Positions 10,401 through 15,927 of a stretch of DNA of 20,000 nucleotides are shown here, in pieces; the first letter of the stretch is position 1, and each line of letters starts with the position of its first letter. The notes below the pieces were generated by a model. The model made no database searches, was not told the origin of the DNA, and worked only from the letters and a program-made list of their open reading frames with translations. Position numbers and translations under genes: made by a program. This stretch comes from an uncultured virus (IMG/VR IMGVR_UViG_3300017747_003095) (lineage: Duplodnaviria > Heunggongvirae > Uroviricota > Caudoviricetes): the IMG/VR virus record IMGVR_UViG_3300017747_003095. One strand, given 5' to 3'.

Positions 10401-13400
10401 CGCCAAAACCAAAACCAGCCGGACCAAAACCAGGCGGACCAAAACCTCCTGCGCCAAAGCCAACAGGCCCTCCTGTTAGTGAGGCTGCAAGTAAAGCGGC
10501 TGATGCTAGGATCAAAGACCTGAAAGGGAAGCTAAAGAACCTCTTCTCTGGTAAAACTTCGAAGTCAGCGAGAGCAATCCCTGCAGGTATGAATCCAGAA
10601 ATTCTGGATATCATCACAGAGCTTGCTAGGAATTACATCGTAAAAGGATTCACGGATAGGACGGCGTTGATTTCAAAGATCAATGGTGACATAACCGCTG
10701 CAGGTGGGTCTGTGACAATGGACTACTTCACAGAGATGTGGAACGAGGTTCAGGTTGAGGCTGTTCAGCAAAGGAACACTATAGCTGCAAATTCTCTAGC
10801 GAACAGAATCGTCGGCAAGGTAAAGAGTACAATTAGGGAGTCTACCAAGACGTTTGATCCAATCGATGAGTTAATAACAAATCTTGTTAATAAGGCGACA
10901 GAAGATGTTAAAACGCCAAAGAAAGCCAAGGAGTCTCCACTAGAAATAATCAAGAGACTGGTAGTAGAATACGATACAGCCAAAAAGATCTGGGAGGCTT
11001 CAAAAGCAAATGTCAAAGCGAAGATTGACCTACTAGACCCTGCTAAGTTCACTCCTGCAGAGAAGCAGGCTATGAAAGACAAGCTGAATTCTTTCTTTGA
11101 GAATGATCTAAGCTACTTCGAGATCAAGAAAACACCTACAGCATCTCCTAATGCGACAGTCAGAAATGTTATCAAGCAGGAGATGAAAGAGAAGAAGCTC
11201 AAGATTGAGGAGATTTTGCTGATGGCTACTTCGAAGCAGGCTAAAACCAAGGAGGAGTTCATTCAGAATATTGTAGATGATATTGTTAACTCAACTGGCA
11301 TATCCTATAGCGATGCAATCAGAATCGCCGAGGACTTCGCTAACAAATACGATCAAATTGTAAGCAAGAAGCAGGAGTCTATCCTTAAGAGGTTTTCTAA
11401 CTCTATCAGGGTAAGGAACATTAAGAAAAAGTCTCAGGGCCAACGTGCTTTTGAGATGATTAAGTACGGCGTAATAGATCCATCCATTAAGATCCATGAT
11501 AAAAATGGAGATATTATAGACTCGGCAATGCTTTTAGCTGAGTTATTCGGCGTTCCATATATTGATGAGGAGACGAGAAATGAGCTAGACAAGTTTGCAG
11601 AGGAGATCGCAGCTGCTCCTGAGGGCGTTATCCGTCAGCAGGTTATCAATGAAATGATGATGTTTATGAAGATGCATCAGTTCATACAGTTAGGGTCGCT
11701 AGGAACTCGTATTATGACTCAGTTCTACGCCAACATACTTACCAGCGGTGATACGCTCTTGAAGGCCTTTAACTCGAACATTGTAATGAATCCGTTTGAG
11801 TTTCTGACCATAGCCACAAGGGCTGCAATAAAGCGTGACTTTGCTTTAATACCTCTCCTTACAAAAGGTTACTATCAGAAGAAAGGCGTAGGCTCAATAA
11901 AAGAGTTAAAAGCTGATCGACCGCTGAGGGATATTGATGGGTATGTAATCAACCAAGGCGAGACATACTACCTATTCAGTGACAAAAATATAATGAGCCA
12001 AGCGAATCCAAGGGCAGCTGCGCTTAGCGGTCACTACCAAGGGCTTCTTCAATACAGCACCTCAATTAACCAAGCTAGAGCGGTGCTAGGAGGTCTTATC
12101 GAGCATGAAAACTATACCGACAATATCACAGGTGCTGTTTATGCAAAATACGGAAGAACAAAAGCAGGTAGGGCATGGGGTAGGTATGTGACAGCCGCTC
12201 AGAAGGGTCTTGGGGCAATAGACGTACTATTGACAGCAGGTGCTACCGGAGCTAGATACAGTGACTTATTGTATGACGCAATCAGGTTCTATGCTAAGTC
12301 AAAAGGAGAGAAAATAAAGGGCTCTGAGATTGTTAAGATCATAAACCTTTTGCAGGGATACTCTCCAATGGTCCAGTTAGATGCTTACAATCAAGCAATA
12401 GCCGAGATGCAGGGCCTTGAAAACGGCCGTCTTGATCTATCTGATAAAAAGAAAAAGACATTACTTCTACTAAGGGTTGAGGATATTGTCAGACAGAAAA
12501 TGTCAGACAGATACCAGCAAGCTGTTAATGCAAGTCCTTGGTTAGCGGGACTTAGTCAGCAAGAGATCGCCGACCTGCTCGACGGAGCAAAAGACATTAC
12601 AACCAAGATCGGATTAATGGGCACTCCTCCTGGGACAGGCGGGGTATTGTCTCACTATTTAGCAATCCCTGGAAGAGCCTTTAGGTTCTCTAATATGCAA
12701 GTGGGCGCATTCGTAAAAGCGCCTATTAACGGCGCTATGTTCCTTGTGCAAGGAAACACGCCGCTTGCAGCTATTATGACAGGCGTAAGGCTACTGAAGA
12801 GTCAACGGGGCTTTGGTTTAGGATCTAATGAGTTCTTTAAGAAGGAAGGTATCAGGACTAGCATGTACGGAAAGACCAGATATTCTAGACAATTGGGTAA
12901 AAATGCATCGTTAATATGGAACCTAGAAAAGGAGGATTTGCTAGTTAAGTTTGCCTTGATACAAACTGCAGCTATATCATTGACTTTTATGTCGACTAAT
13001 GCAGTCATCGTAGGTCTTGCGTCTATGTTTGATGATGACGACGAGGGCAGAAAAAAGAGAGATCTACTGCTTAAGGATGGACTTGAATACTTGAAAAAGA
13101 TTCCACAAAATGAAAGGGAGTTAATGTTCTTTGGGGACATATTATCCCCTGATAAAAAGAAAAGAGAAGGTATATGGAAGCAGCTTCCGTTCTATACTAC
13201 TGGTTCAATGTATGGATACCAGGCCGGAGGTTACGGAAAGATGCAAAGTCTTAAGGCTAGATACGGAATTGAGCCACATACCGCCTATTCTTATGGAGTA
13301 AAATTATTTACATACAAGGACAATCCTTTACTGGGGGCCTTCTTTATGGAGATGGCTGCGTCAACGGATGCGATACTATTCAACGAGTCCGCAAATCTTG

Positions 13401-14311
13401 AGGACAATCAGTTAGGTTTGGTTCTGATGTCAACTTGGGCTCAAATGAACTTATTTAGAGATCAAGCTAGTTTAAAAAGTATCTCTGAAATCACAGAGGC
13501 ATTTGCAGGGCAAAGGGCTTACGAAGGTCTAGATAGTCCGCTTCAAAGGCTTGAGATGTACGGAGGTAAATCAATTGGAAATCTTGTATCAAACCTAACT
13601 ATGCCAGCCGCGATGAAGAACATTAACCAAGACGTAATGGCGATGCTAGGTCAGCATATGGATGACCCAAAGACCTTTAAGGAGTTTGTTGTATATAGAT
13701 GGCCGATCATCGGAAGTGTTGTTATAGAAGGCGAAAAGACAGGTCCGTTTGGATATCCAGTCAAGACTCAACCTAAGCGAGTGTTCCCAATCATAGCTGA
13801 GCCATTTAAGTTGCCTTTGATGCTAGACGGAAGTATAGACTTGCCTACTGTAGATCAGCTGCTTTCGACAGAGGATGCTAAGTACACCGCCTTGTTCGTA
13901 AGAAACAATAACGATAAATTTCTCAACCCTGAGATATCTGGGTATTACAAGGCGGATAAATACGGTGACTTCGAAAGGAAGACCTTTTCTTTGGAACAGA
14001 GGAAGAAAATCAAAGAAGAGTACAAGCTCTTAATGAGAGAATTCGCTGAACAGAATATTAACGTAGTTCAATCTCCTAAAGAATTTAATACTAATCTAAA
14101 GCTATTCTTAAGTTTATACGGAGCAGAAATGGGCAAAAATACAGTTACTACTGTAGGTTATAAGCGATACATCATCAACAAGGTAATGGGTGCCGAGGCG
14201 AAAGATATACTTCTCGATGAAGCGGATGGCTTTTACAATATGGGCAAAGATGAGTTGACTCTTGACAAGATCAAAAAGACCGAAGAAGGATTTGTGCCGC
14301 TAGAAAGGTAG
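1499..14311 (+). CDS. Giant (4270 aa) large polyvalent-type virion/ejection protein with three HExxH metallopeptidase-like modules and an LPD23-like domain
   Basis: Uninterrupted 12.8-kb ORF, ATG after A-rich aacaaatcaac, TAG stop. Motifs: HEATH (4961), TPIHEFGH (H at 7307), LLHEIQH (H at 8225) ... AGEVEARNVQ (G at 8615), and IRLATGWERGADDKWRYE (LPD23-like, ~7910-7963). Architecture fits the polyvalent proteins described by Iyer et al. 2017. Confidence 0.85.
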   Translation: MDERAIDDLFNHARSLGYKDSRGNFLNLIYTDQRAFNDMFSYAKSKGFNKNEDDFSILIGKKQGSGKAAPGSGAGPSGGLRLPSNLNKQQVKSFLGRYGASFTDDQYDQIASRVKGKSMEEAMQIAREITTPTPQPVRMSSLDAGRQMLASAAEQRTGLAEQVQQEEPSTSGYLSPEQLRRAEMEDARIPSSTLPTQGQLRADFATQFRKEGEANAADLVSNWDSEGKKKMLAIYAEEAMENDSDELDFGPFGTVKMGETPEEVQRNLDQLISIPQLGTLKAEYGFSTKQIYDKLKSDLGYENDKKFEETLLKYFKSNEGLKYVVDDSKQKLSIYNQLYEEALQNPNTPQEDLDGLKQMINKELKIQGMGEIIDQAQYNRLSIGEKAPIALAYGGSTLRSLANSLELSLTEFTVGVMEVVYEPFLADEHQGMVRDLLMYQPLSEKRKAAEKTAELPYQSVSSQSVIDGLNILNFTTTATQVTGSIAVTYAGGFMGGAALVYGDAVDEALKGGYSRNEAKAYGLLNAGISGYLEKIGLKGITKTITTDAERRLVLSAIRSELKKGTSVDKVVSIVTNKIANSIGSLVKGGTPEGFTEFAQTGQELLLKKAFNRMVLDEGEKGFEEPSLDEASKMLGEAFVVGFFSGGSVPSLISAFSKGNTKYEDVANAVVAGKKKVSDIVETTKGLILSGKVSAVDGRAFIENLKIAEAAKATLPTYVKDKQQRIRAISLVMERNKLTQEMNSADPDLQDGYKKRLNEIKQELKSIADKNWVAPTNAFTASTSPGFSAAMSALSQEPDTDKAARVFNKTLGVNNGLLTKITKAMEAGTEIATQLSKNVAADLEMFVEKLSSMDNKTPAMQEAIKSATDIIQKLNDYGNKRDSVPSEAGVSLNMDEIIGRIAAGAEAGDMDFMENVPEETLDQVATTLSGIMSGADVSEEDAGAAADFLYGRYKQLTDLKAKISKKIETEKDATKKTRLEKSLSAINEAQSKLDQDISVTVKYQQEKALRDEAAGTRKQVPLGEPQAERKSEKESEKELPGKVSQEYSPENMDAIQEEFEAENGRLDPLIIRAINSVNKLLSKIAPNVKIYVHTSVDDYVKTLAEEGLRPADVAGASRTYGKVVQDENKRIQSLHINLQLINDSANAEEGVRGIYHEATHVILDVFFRANPKMIADMIDSIKSFVPKGVSEQLDEFLEEYVNETDEINAEEYISELVDILARTESQLDKPTISKIIGAINDVIRRAARALNIQDPERFLIKNDRTDFIDFLNSLATATTSGLESDIKNKERLQKKYAVQKQTAGKVPVQPRARGGQEVAEGEPEAEPENIAEEGETQERTSKSSKKRKKKKEVGTEFSDASSPQFSLNLNKNLSEDQQNSVGQIFDQVLSNDDATFSETVNIDGSIGKDVPKQKIEISESDNRPEADFMRRLRIPLDFILGKSVGLGMSDTLTTGERNVEVLDLKTNKKSKQKVRDEGGIGYPFKSLMDLLNGKIKKGEKIFGWASVSKGAGTGMITAAKKASKISGRELKDIYISNLGLNKEQISRLEDAIPDNKQYGIVAIYKMGADGIYSNEAYSREAFRQIETLLDQDEKNQFFVLAKQRLNDLKWENKSSFIGSINAANSFIELENILHGSESKMPLKAKASIMKKVFLSSEETESKGKSGNKLGELLKSKGISIESVARAIEEPVMSDLSKGQPVILVAIDGSSKTIEDKLRERHKNYPFGVEGFPIGVFEETTQMHQLSTVLMDAFVKSSTVIVDENAKFTDPAKPGAKAEEARVSIYQDSEGDFRADKGKGGDKERIKDSNGDPVKAKTKDLLLSKLKKLGYVISKSIAQTRYTQVINGSTFGDVMQKLKIGFTSILESPQLTAQQKLVKYLQLAFPGIVVEMDSVEYDKIQQGFVDQKLINKDGKVYGFVKEGRVYLNPTYLNNNTPIHEFGHVWNFVAKNFRPEIYSKGVSLVEGSEYQDSVLQDVKYRKLIEAEFGRKALIKDKKTGKYVINKQFDRANEVADSVADEALAKAIGDKGELFVNEAQKRDFKDWLNTLYKAIKKVIGFGDMTEDQFQNLTLDQFVDSALKEILGGQEITKVTSSELASVGKTSAKFLIAGENANLEQNVLGNLRVANEMEASNQDAKTIRLATGWERGADDKWRYEVQDNIPFLKDTVKQMKEFLSENDAQNTSQKANYFLPKELLKLYPELNDVTIVFNDKFNDDEASYNPRTKTIEVNVGVYPKNTVSALLHEIQHVIQDIEGFAKGGNVEEFSDFRNEQIINQVSFEKEQLERQYKKQPLSRDIILEFDNYINQKDGITKMYNELSDKYDISVKSVRDAANYLYELIGDDPTMDNYVNKIAFFNDVISSKNPFRQYEKLAGEVEARNVQARMEMTPEQRRATTLQETESVPREEQTVRGVLTSKSSKVSSALANVKNTAKALEGKNTFDQQDEKAEVIVGKEKDRWGRSQVWRERIENAGDILRELSGRGNNPDVKYLQEKINKIKNWILDGSGFSELPKSIKTLKDVDESNVRFSSAVDGKKYLDKFHNDVLQETIDAYKGIVVKTEEEQVVKDFILTLLQGDKSSISSSLKEVEDIVGRIKKQGELKSTPLNVSEAYHEAKADGSNPELVEAVEALLGDQEVKPELTSKSSKASSGLTSKSSKSKGPLGYDPNQAADRGTKQDRDLQQNIYDLALSIWDSTKDLMDMTADIYVAVSDELDTPLNAVHIAELIKDLRIGNRPEYTKTPEGKYKRNKTKLNVSSVMDSALVALSGLVTNRRVDKGIIASLINSLKGGPQYTVENQIDVDAIADTLFDIFGDSANIATLQELYKIAELAKGGLRTTMFARIANNSWNKARESKDQQEKLAYRDLGNMALNQLAQEATESGRFNAMIYRIQKLNPEFLASFEKSRVRRETESQMRGAGQKKSDVDSVTTELNTAQEQAAEQAVNSPSVQAAINTATGVPPGPSTPPPAPKPKPAGPKPGGPKPPAPKPTGPPVSEAASKAADARIKDLKGKLKNLFSGKTSKSARAIPAGMNPEILDIITELARNYIVKGFTDRTALISKINGDITAAGGSVTMDYFTEMWNEVQVEAVQQRNTIAANSLANRIVGKVKSTIRESTKTFDPIDELITNLVNKATEDVKTPKKAKESPLEIIKRLVVEYDTAKKIWEASKANVKAKIDLLDPAKFTPAEKQAMKDKLNSFFENDLSYFEIKKTPTASPNATVRNVIKQEMKEKKLKIEEILLMATSKQAKTKEEFIQNIVDDIVNSTGISYSDAIRIAEDFANKYDQIVSKKQESILKRFSNSIRVRNIKKKSQGQRAFEMIKYGVIDPSIKIHDKNGDIIDSAMLLAELFGVPYIDEETRNELDKFAEEIAAAPEGVIRQQVINEMMMFMKMHQFIQLGSLGTRIMTQFYANILTSGDTLLKAFNSNIVMNPFEFLTIATRAAIKRDFALIPLLTKGYYQKKGVGSIKELKADRPLRDIDGYVINQGETYYLFSDKNIMSQANPRAAALSGHYQGLLQYSTSINQARAVLGGLIEHENYTDNITGAVYAKYGRTKAGRAWGRYVTAAQKGLGAIDVLLTAGATGARYSDLLYDAIRFYAKSKGEKIKGSEIVKIINLLQGYSPMVQLDAYNQAIAEMQGLENGRLDLSDKKKKTLLLLRVEDIVRQKMSDRYQQAVNASPWLAGLSQQEIADLLDGAKDITTKIGLMGTPPGTGGVLSHYLAIPGRAFRFSNMQVGAFVKAPINGAMFLVQGNTPLAAIMTGVRLLKSQRGFGLGSNEFFKKEGIRTSMYGKTRYSRQLGKNASLIWNLEKEDLLVKFALIQTAAISLTFMSTNAVIVGLASMFDDDDEGRKKRDLLLKDGLEYLKKIPQNERELMFFGDILSPDKKKREGIWKQLPFYTTGSMYGYQAGGYGKMQSLKARYGIEPHTAYSYGVKLFTYKDNPLLGAFFMEMAASTDAILFNESANLEDNQLGLVLMSTWAQMNLFRDQASLKSISEITEAFAGQRAYEGLDSPLQRLEMYGGKSIGNLVSNLTMPAAMKNINQDVMAMLGQHMDDPKTFKEFVVYRWPIIGSVVIEGEKTGPFGYPVKTQPKRVFPIIAEPFKLPLMLDGSIDLPTVDQLLSTEDAKYTALFVRNNNDKFLNPEISGYYKADKYGDFERKTFSLEQRKKIKEEYKLLMREFAEQNINVVQSPKEFNTNLKLFLSLYGAEMGKNTVTTVGYKRYIINKVMGAEAKDILLDEADGFYNMGKDELTLDKIKKTEEGFVPLER
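1502..1678 (+). repeat. Two-copy 30-aa N-terminal repeat of the giant protein
   Basis: DERAIDDLFNHARSLGYKDSRGNFLNLI aligns with DQRAFNDMFSYAKSKGFNKNEDDFSILI at an exact 30-residue period. Confidence 0.75.
4700..5330 (+). other. Zincin-like metallopeptidase module 1 within the giant protein
   Basis: SLHINL strand, then GIYHEATHVIL (HExxH at 4961-4975), then NAEEYISEL (candidate third ligand Glu) about 50 aa later. Boundaries approximate. Confidence 0.6.
5382..5555 (+). CDS. Small basic 57-aa protein nested in the +1 frame of the giant gene (candidate overprinted gene)
   Basis: ATG at 5382 after A-rich acagaaaaagt (A at -3), TAG at 5553-5555. Translation MPFKSKQQVKYLYSQEPEVAKRWRKENPKQNLKTLPKKAKPKSGPASQVKNVRRKKK resembles, from my recall, small stand-alone phage proteins of the form MPFKSxxQx(R/K)YxYxxxPE(I/V)AKRW...LP. 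The ORF track starts it earlier, at 5334. Confidence 0.6.
   Translation: MPFKSKQQVKYLYSQEPEVAKRWRKENPKQNLKTLPKKAKPKSGPASQVKNVRRKKK
7110..7760 (+). other. Zincin-like metallopeptidase module 2 within the giant protein (polyvalent-protein MPTase type)
   Basis: VYGFVKEGRVYLNP...NTPIHEFGHVW (HExxH at 7307-7321), then DEALAKAIGDKG and FKDWLNTLYKAIKKVIG. Boundaries approximate. Confidence 0.7.
7811..8730 (+). other. LPD23-like domain followed by metallopeptidase module 3
   Basis: FLIAGENA...ANEMEA...TIRLATGWERGADDKWRYEV...LLKLYPEL...ALLHEIQHVIQDIEGFAKGGN...YEKLAGEVEARNVQARM, matching my recall of the LPD23 + HExxH/GEVEAR arrangement in polyvalent proteins. Confidence 0.75.
8736..9446 (+). repeat. 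~30-nt imperfect direct repeat pair (8736-8765 and 9417-9446), both encoding (L)TSKSSK(V/A)SS
   Basis: taacctcaaagtcatcgaaggtaagttctg vs taacctcaaaatcttcgaaggcaagttctg, 27/30 identical. A third, shorter copy follows immediately (ctaacatcaaagtcatcaaag, 9449-9469). Confidence 0.85.
10373..10474 (+). repeat. Pro/Lys/Gly-rich low-complexity linker with short internal repeats
   Basis: PPGPSTPPPAPKPKPAGPKPGGPKPPAPKPTGPP; nucleotide repeats cctcctgcgccaaa x2 and ggaccaaaacc x2. Confidence 0.85.
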
Positions 14312-14332
14312 CGGTACAAATCATTTTTTTTG

Positions 14333-14340
14333 TATATTTG
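14333..14340 (+). promoter_or_regulatory. Putative Bacteroidota-type -7 promoter element (TAnnTTTG) driving the structural cluster
   Basis: TATATTTG preceded by a T-run, in the only 50-nt intergenic gap, ending 21 nt upstream of the TTG start at 14362. No properly spaced -33 TTTG is visible. Confidence 0.55.
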
Positions 14341-14361
14341 AAACCATAAAAACGTATAGCA

Positions 14362-14943
14362 TTGGCACTTAAGATCAACTTCTCCTACAGCCAGAGTGCA
14401 GACGCCAAGACGCTGTATATCTACGACACGACAGGCGTTTATGATGCGGTTATGAACGATACAGGGTGGGGAGGTCCGAACCCGGCGATAGGGTCTGCGA
14501 CCTCTGACCAAGTTTCAATTCAGATGATTGGGTCAAGTGAGGTTTATACGGTACCGATGTACCCCACACTTCCGAACACAAACAGCATTCCGTTTTCTAT
14601 AGACTCCTCGATGCTAGGGCTAGGTCTTGACGCTCAGATTCCTGACGGTCAGTATATCATTACTAGGCAGGTGGTTGTTTCTGGTACCAATTACCAAGCG
14701 ACAAAAAGAGTATTCTTTATTAGCATCCTAAAATGCTGTGCCGATACAATGCTAGACTCCGATACCAATACTGGACGTTGTAGTTGTGGGTGTAGTGGTA
14801 ATGGATTTACAAATGCTACGATCTTGCAATACTCTATTTTCACTCTAAAGAAAGCCTTTAAGTCATTAAAATTTGAGAAGGCTGATCAAATATTCAGATA
14901 CGCACAAGGTTTGTGCAAAGAAAAAAACTGTAAAAACTGTTAA
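14362..14943 (+). CDS. Hypothetical virion structural protein (193 aa), beta-rich N-domain plus Cys-rich C-terminus
   Basis: TTG start after aaaaacgtatagca; LYIYDTTGVY...TGWGGPN...IPDGQYII; C-terminal KCC...CSCGC...CKEKNCKNC; TAA 2 nt before the next ATG. Confidence 0.75.
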   Translation: MALKINFSYSQSADAKTLYIYDTTGVYDAVMNDTGWGGPNPAIGSATSDQVSIQMIGSSEVYTVPMYPTLPNTNSIPFSIDSSMLGLGLDAQIPDGQYIITRQVVVSGTNYQATKRVFFISILKCCADTMLDSDTNTGRCSCGCSGNGFTNATILQYSIFTLKKAFKSLKFEKADQIFRYAQGLCKEKNCKNC

Positions 14944-14945
14944 TC

Positions 14946-15926
14946 ATGGTTGACTTAGGCTGCGGATGTGATTCAATAGAGCTGCCATTTGGCCCTAGCG
15001 GCAATGACGGTAGAAGCGTCTTTAATGTAACGACAGGTCCGTTTGTTCAACCACCTGTCGGGTCTGATGAAACCATTGTAGTTAATGATACGGGCTCGTT
15101 TACAAACCAATGGGCGGCGAGAAAAAATCTGGTATCAGTTTTTGATCCTACAGGAAACGGAGGTTTTTATGAGGTTGTTTCTACTACAGGGACAAATCAA
15201 ATAACAATAAAGAACCTAGGATATGCAGGATCTGCTCCCGCTTTGACACCTATTTTGGCCGGAGCAAAGGTAGTTCCGTCTGGGGTTCAAGGCGCGGCGG
15301 GTCCGCCTGGAGCTGCTGGAGGAGCAGGTCCTGTAGGTCCTGCAGGAACAGCATCTACACTAGTTAGGACTTATGTAGACACCTCGATAAGGGCCGTTCC
15401 TAACACATCTGGGTTTGGTTTGATACCTACCCAAACATTTTCCGCGCCTATTCTTTGTCCTCAAAACGGTGATGCTGGAAGGATTAAAGGGCATTTTGTG
15501 CTAAGGGGCTCTGGGTCATTTAGCCTAGGCAGGCTGATTGATAACATAGATTTCTTTATCGGTAAAACAGGCGTTGCTTTTAGTGCAATCGTTCCGGTCC
15601 CGAGTGCCGAAACAAGCTATGACAGCCAGCTTCAGATTAGAGAAATAGATCTAAAAGATATTTCCAACTACACTTTTGTTTCGTTCGAGATAACAATCAA
15701 GAGGATATCATCAACATCTAGTCTGATACTTGTTCAGTGGTGGTTAAACAACGTGCAAACGCCTGGGTTGCAGGGTTTTTATGTTGGATCTTCTTTAACA
15801 ACTGGTTCTGTAGATTTCAACACTGGATCTTCGATTGATTTTGCGGTTAGATCTTCCGCGACATACACGGCAGGTGGTATAGATGTATCTCTAGCTAGTT
15901 TAACAGTTGAAAAAATAATCCAATAA
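14946..15926 (+). CDS. Collagen-repeat-containing virion fibre/spike-like protein (326 aa)
   Basis: Eight Gly-X-Y triplets (GVQGAAGPPGAAGGAGPVGPAGTA) between two beta-rich domains; N-terminal GCGCD; closely spaced with both neighbours. Confidence 0.75.
   Translation: MVDLGCGCDSIELPFGPSGNDGRSVFNVTTGPFVQPPVGSDETIVVNDTGSFTNQWAARKNLVSVFDPTGNGGFYEVVSTTGTNQITIKNLGYAGSAPALTPILAGAKVVPSGVQGAAGPPGAAGGAGPVGPAGTASTLVRTYVDTSIRAVPNTSGFGLIPTQTFSAPILCPQNGDAGRIKGHFVLRGSGSFSLGRLIDNIDFFIGKTGVAFSAIVPVPSAETSYDSQLQIREIDLKDISNYTFVSFEITIKRISSTSSLILVQWWLNNVQTPGLQGFYVGSSLTTGSVDFNTGSSIDFAVRSSATYTAGGIDVSLASLTVEKIIQ
15282..15353 (+). repeat. Collagen-like (Gly-X-Y)8 repeat
   Basis: Direct translation; locally GC-rich. 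Confidence 0.9.
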
Positions 15927-15927
15927 A

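Noticed and set aside
10266..10523. 85-aa +1-frame ORF over the Pro-rich linker
   Set aside because: Its L/Q/N/R low-complexity sequence is the expected frameshifted reading of Pro/Lys/Ala codons, with no independent protein-like features.
14316..14335. Rho-independent terminator after the giant gene
   Set aside because: The stem is only 6 bp and AT-rich, and the T-run lies within the loop/stem rather than after a GC-rich hairpin.
14309..14341. TAG stop-codon reassignment as in some crAss-like phages
   Set aside because: Long ORFs are intact under code 11, TAG ends genes right before the next start (17493), and readthrough at 14311 meets TGA after nine codons.
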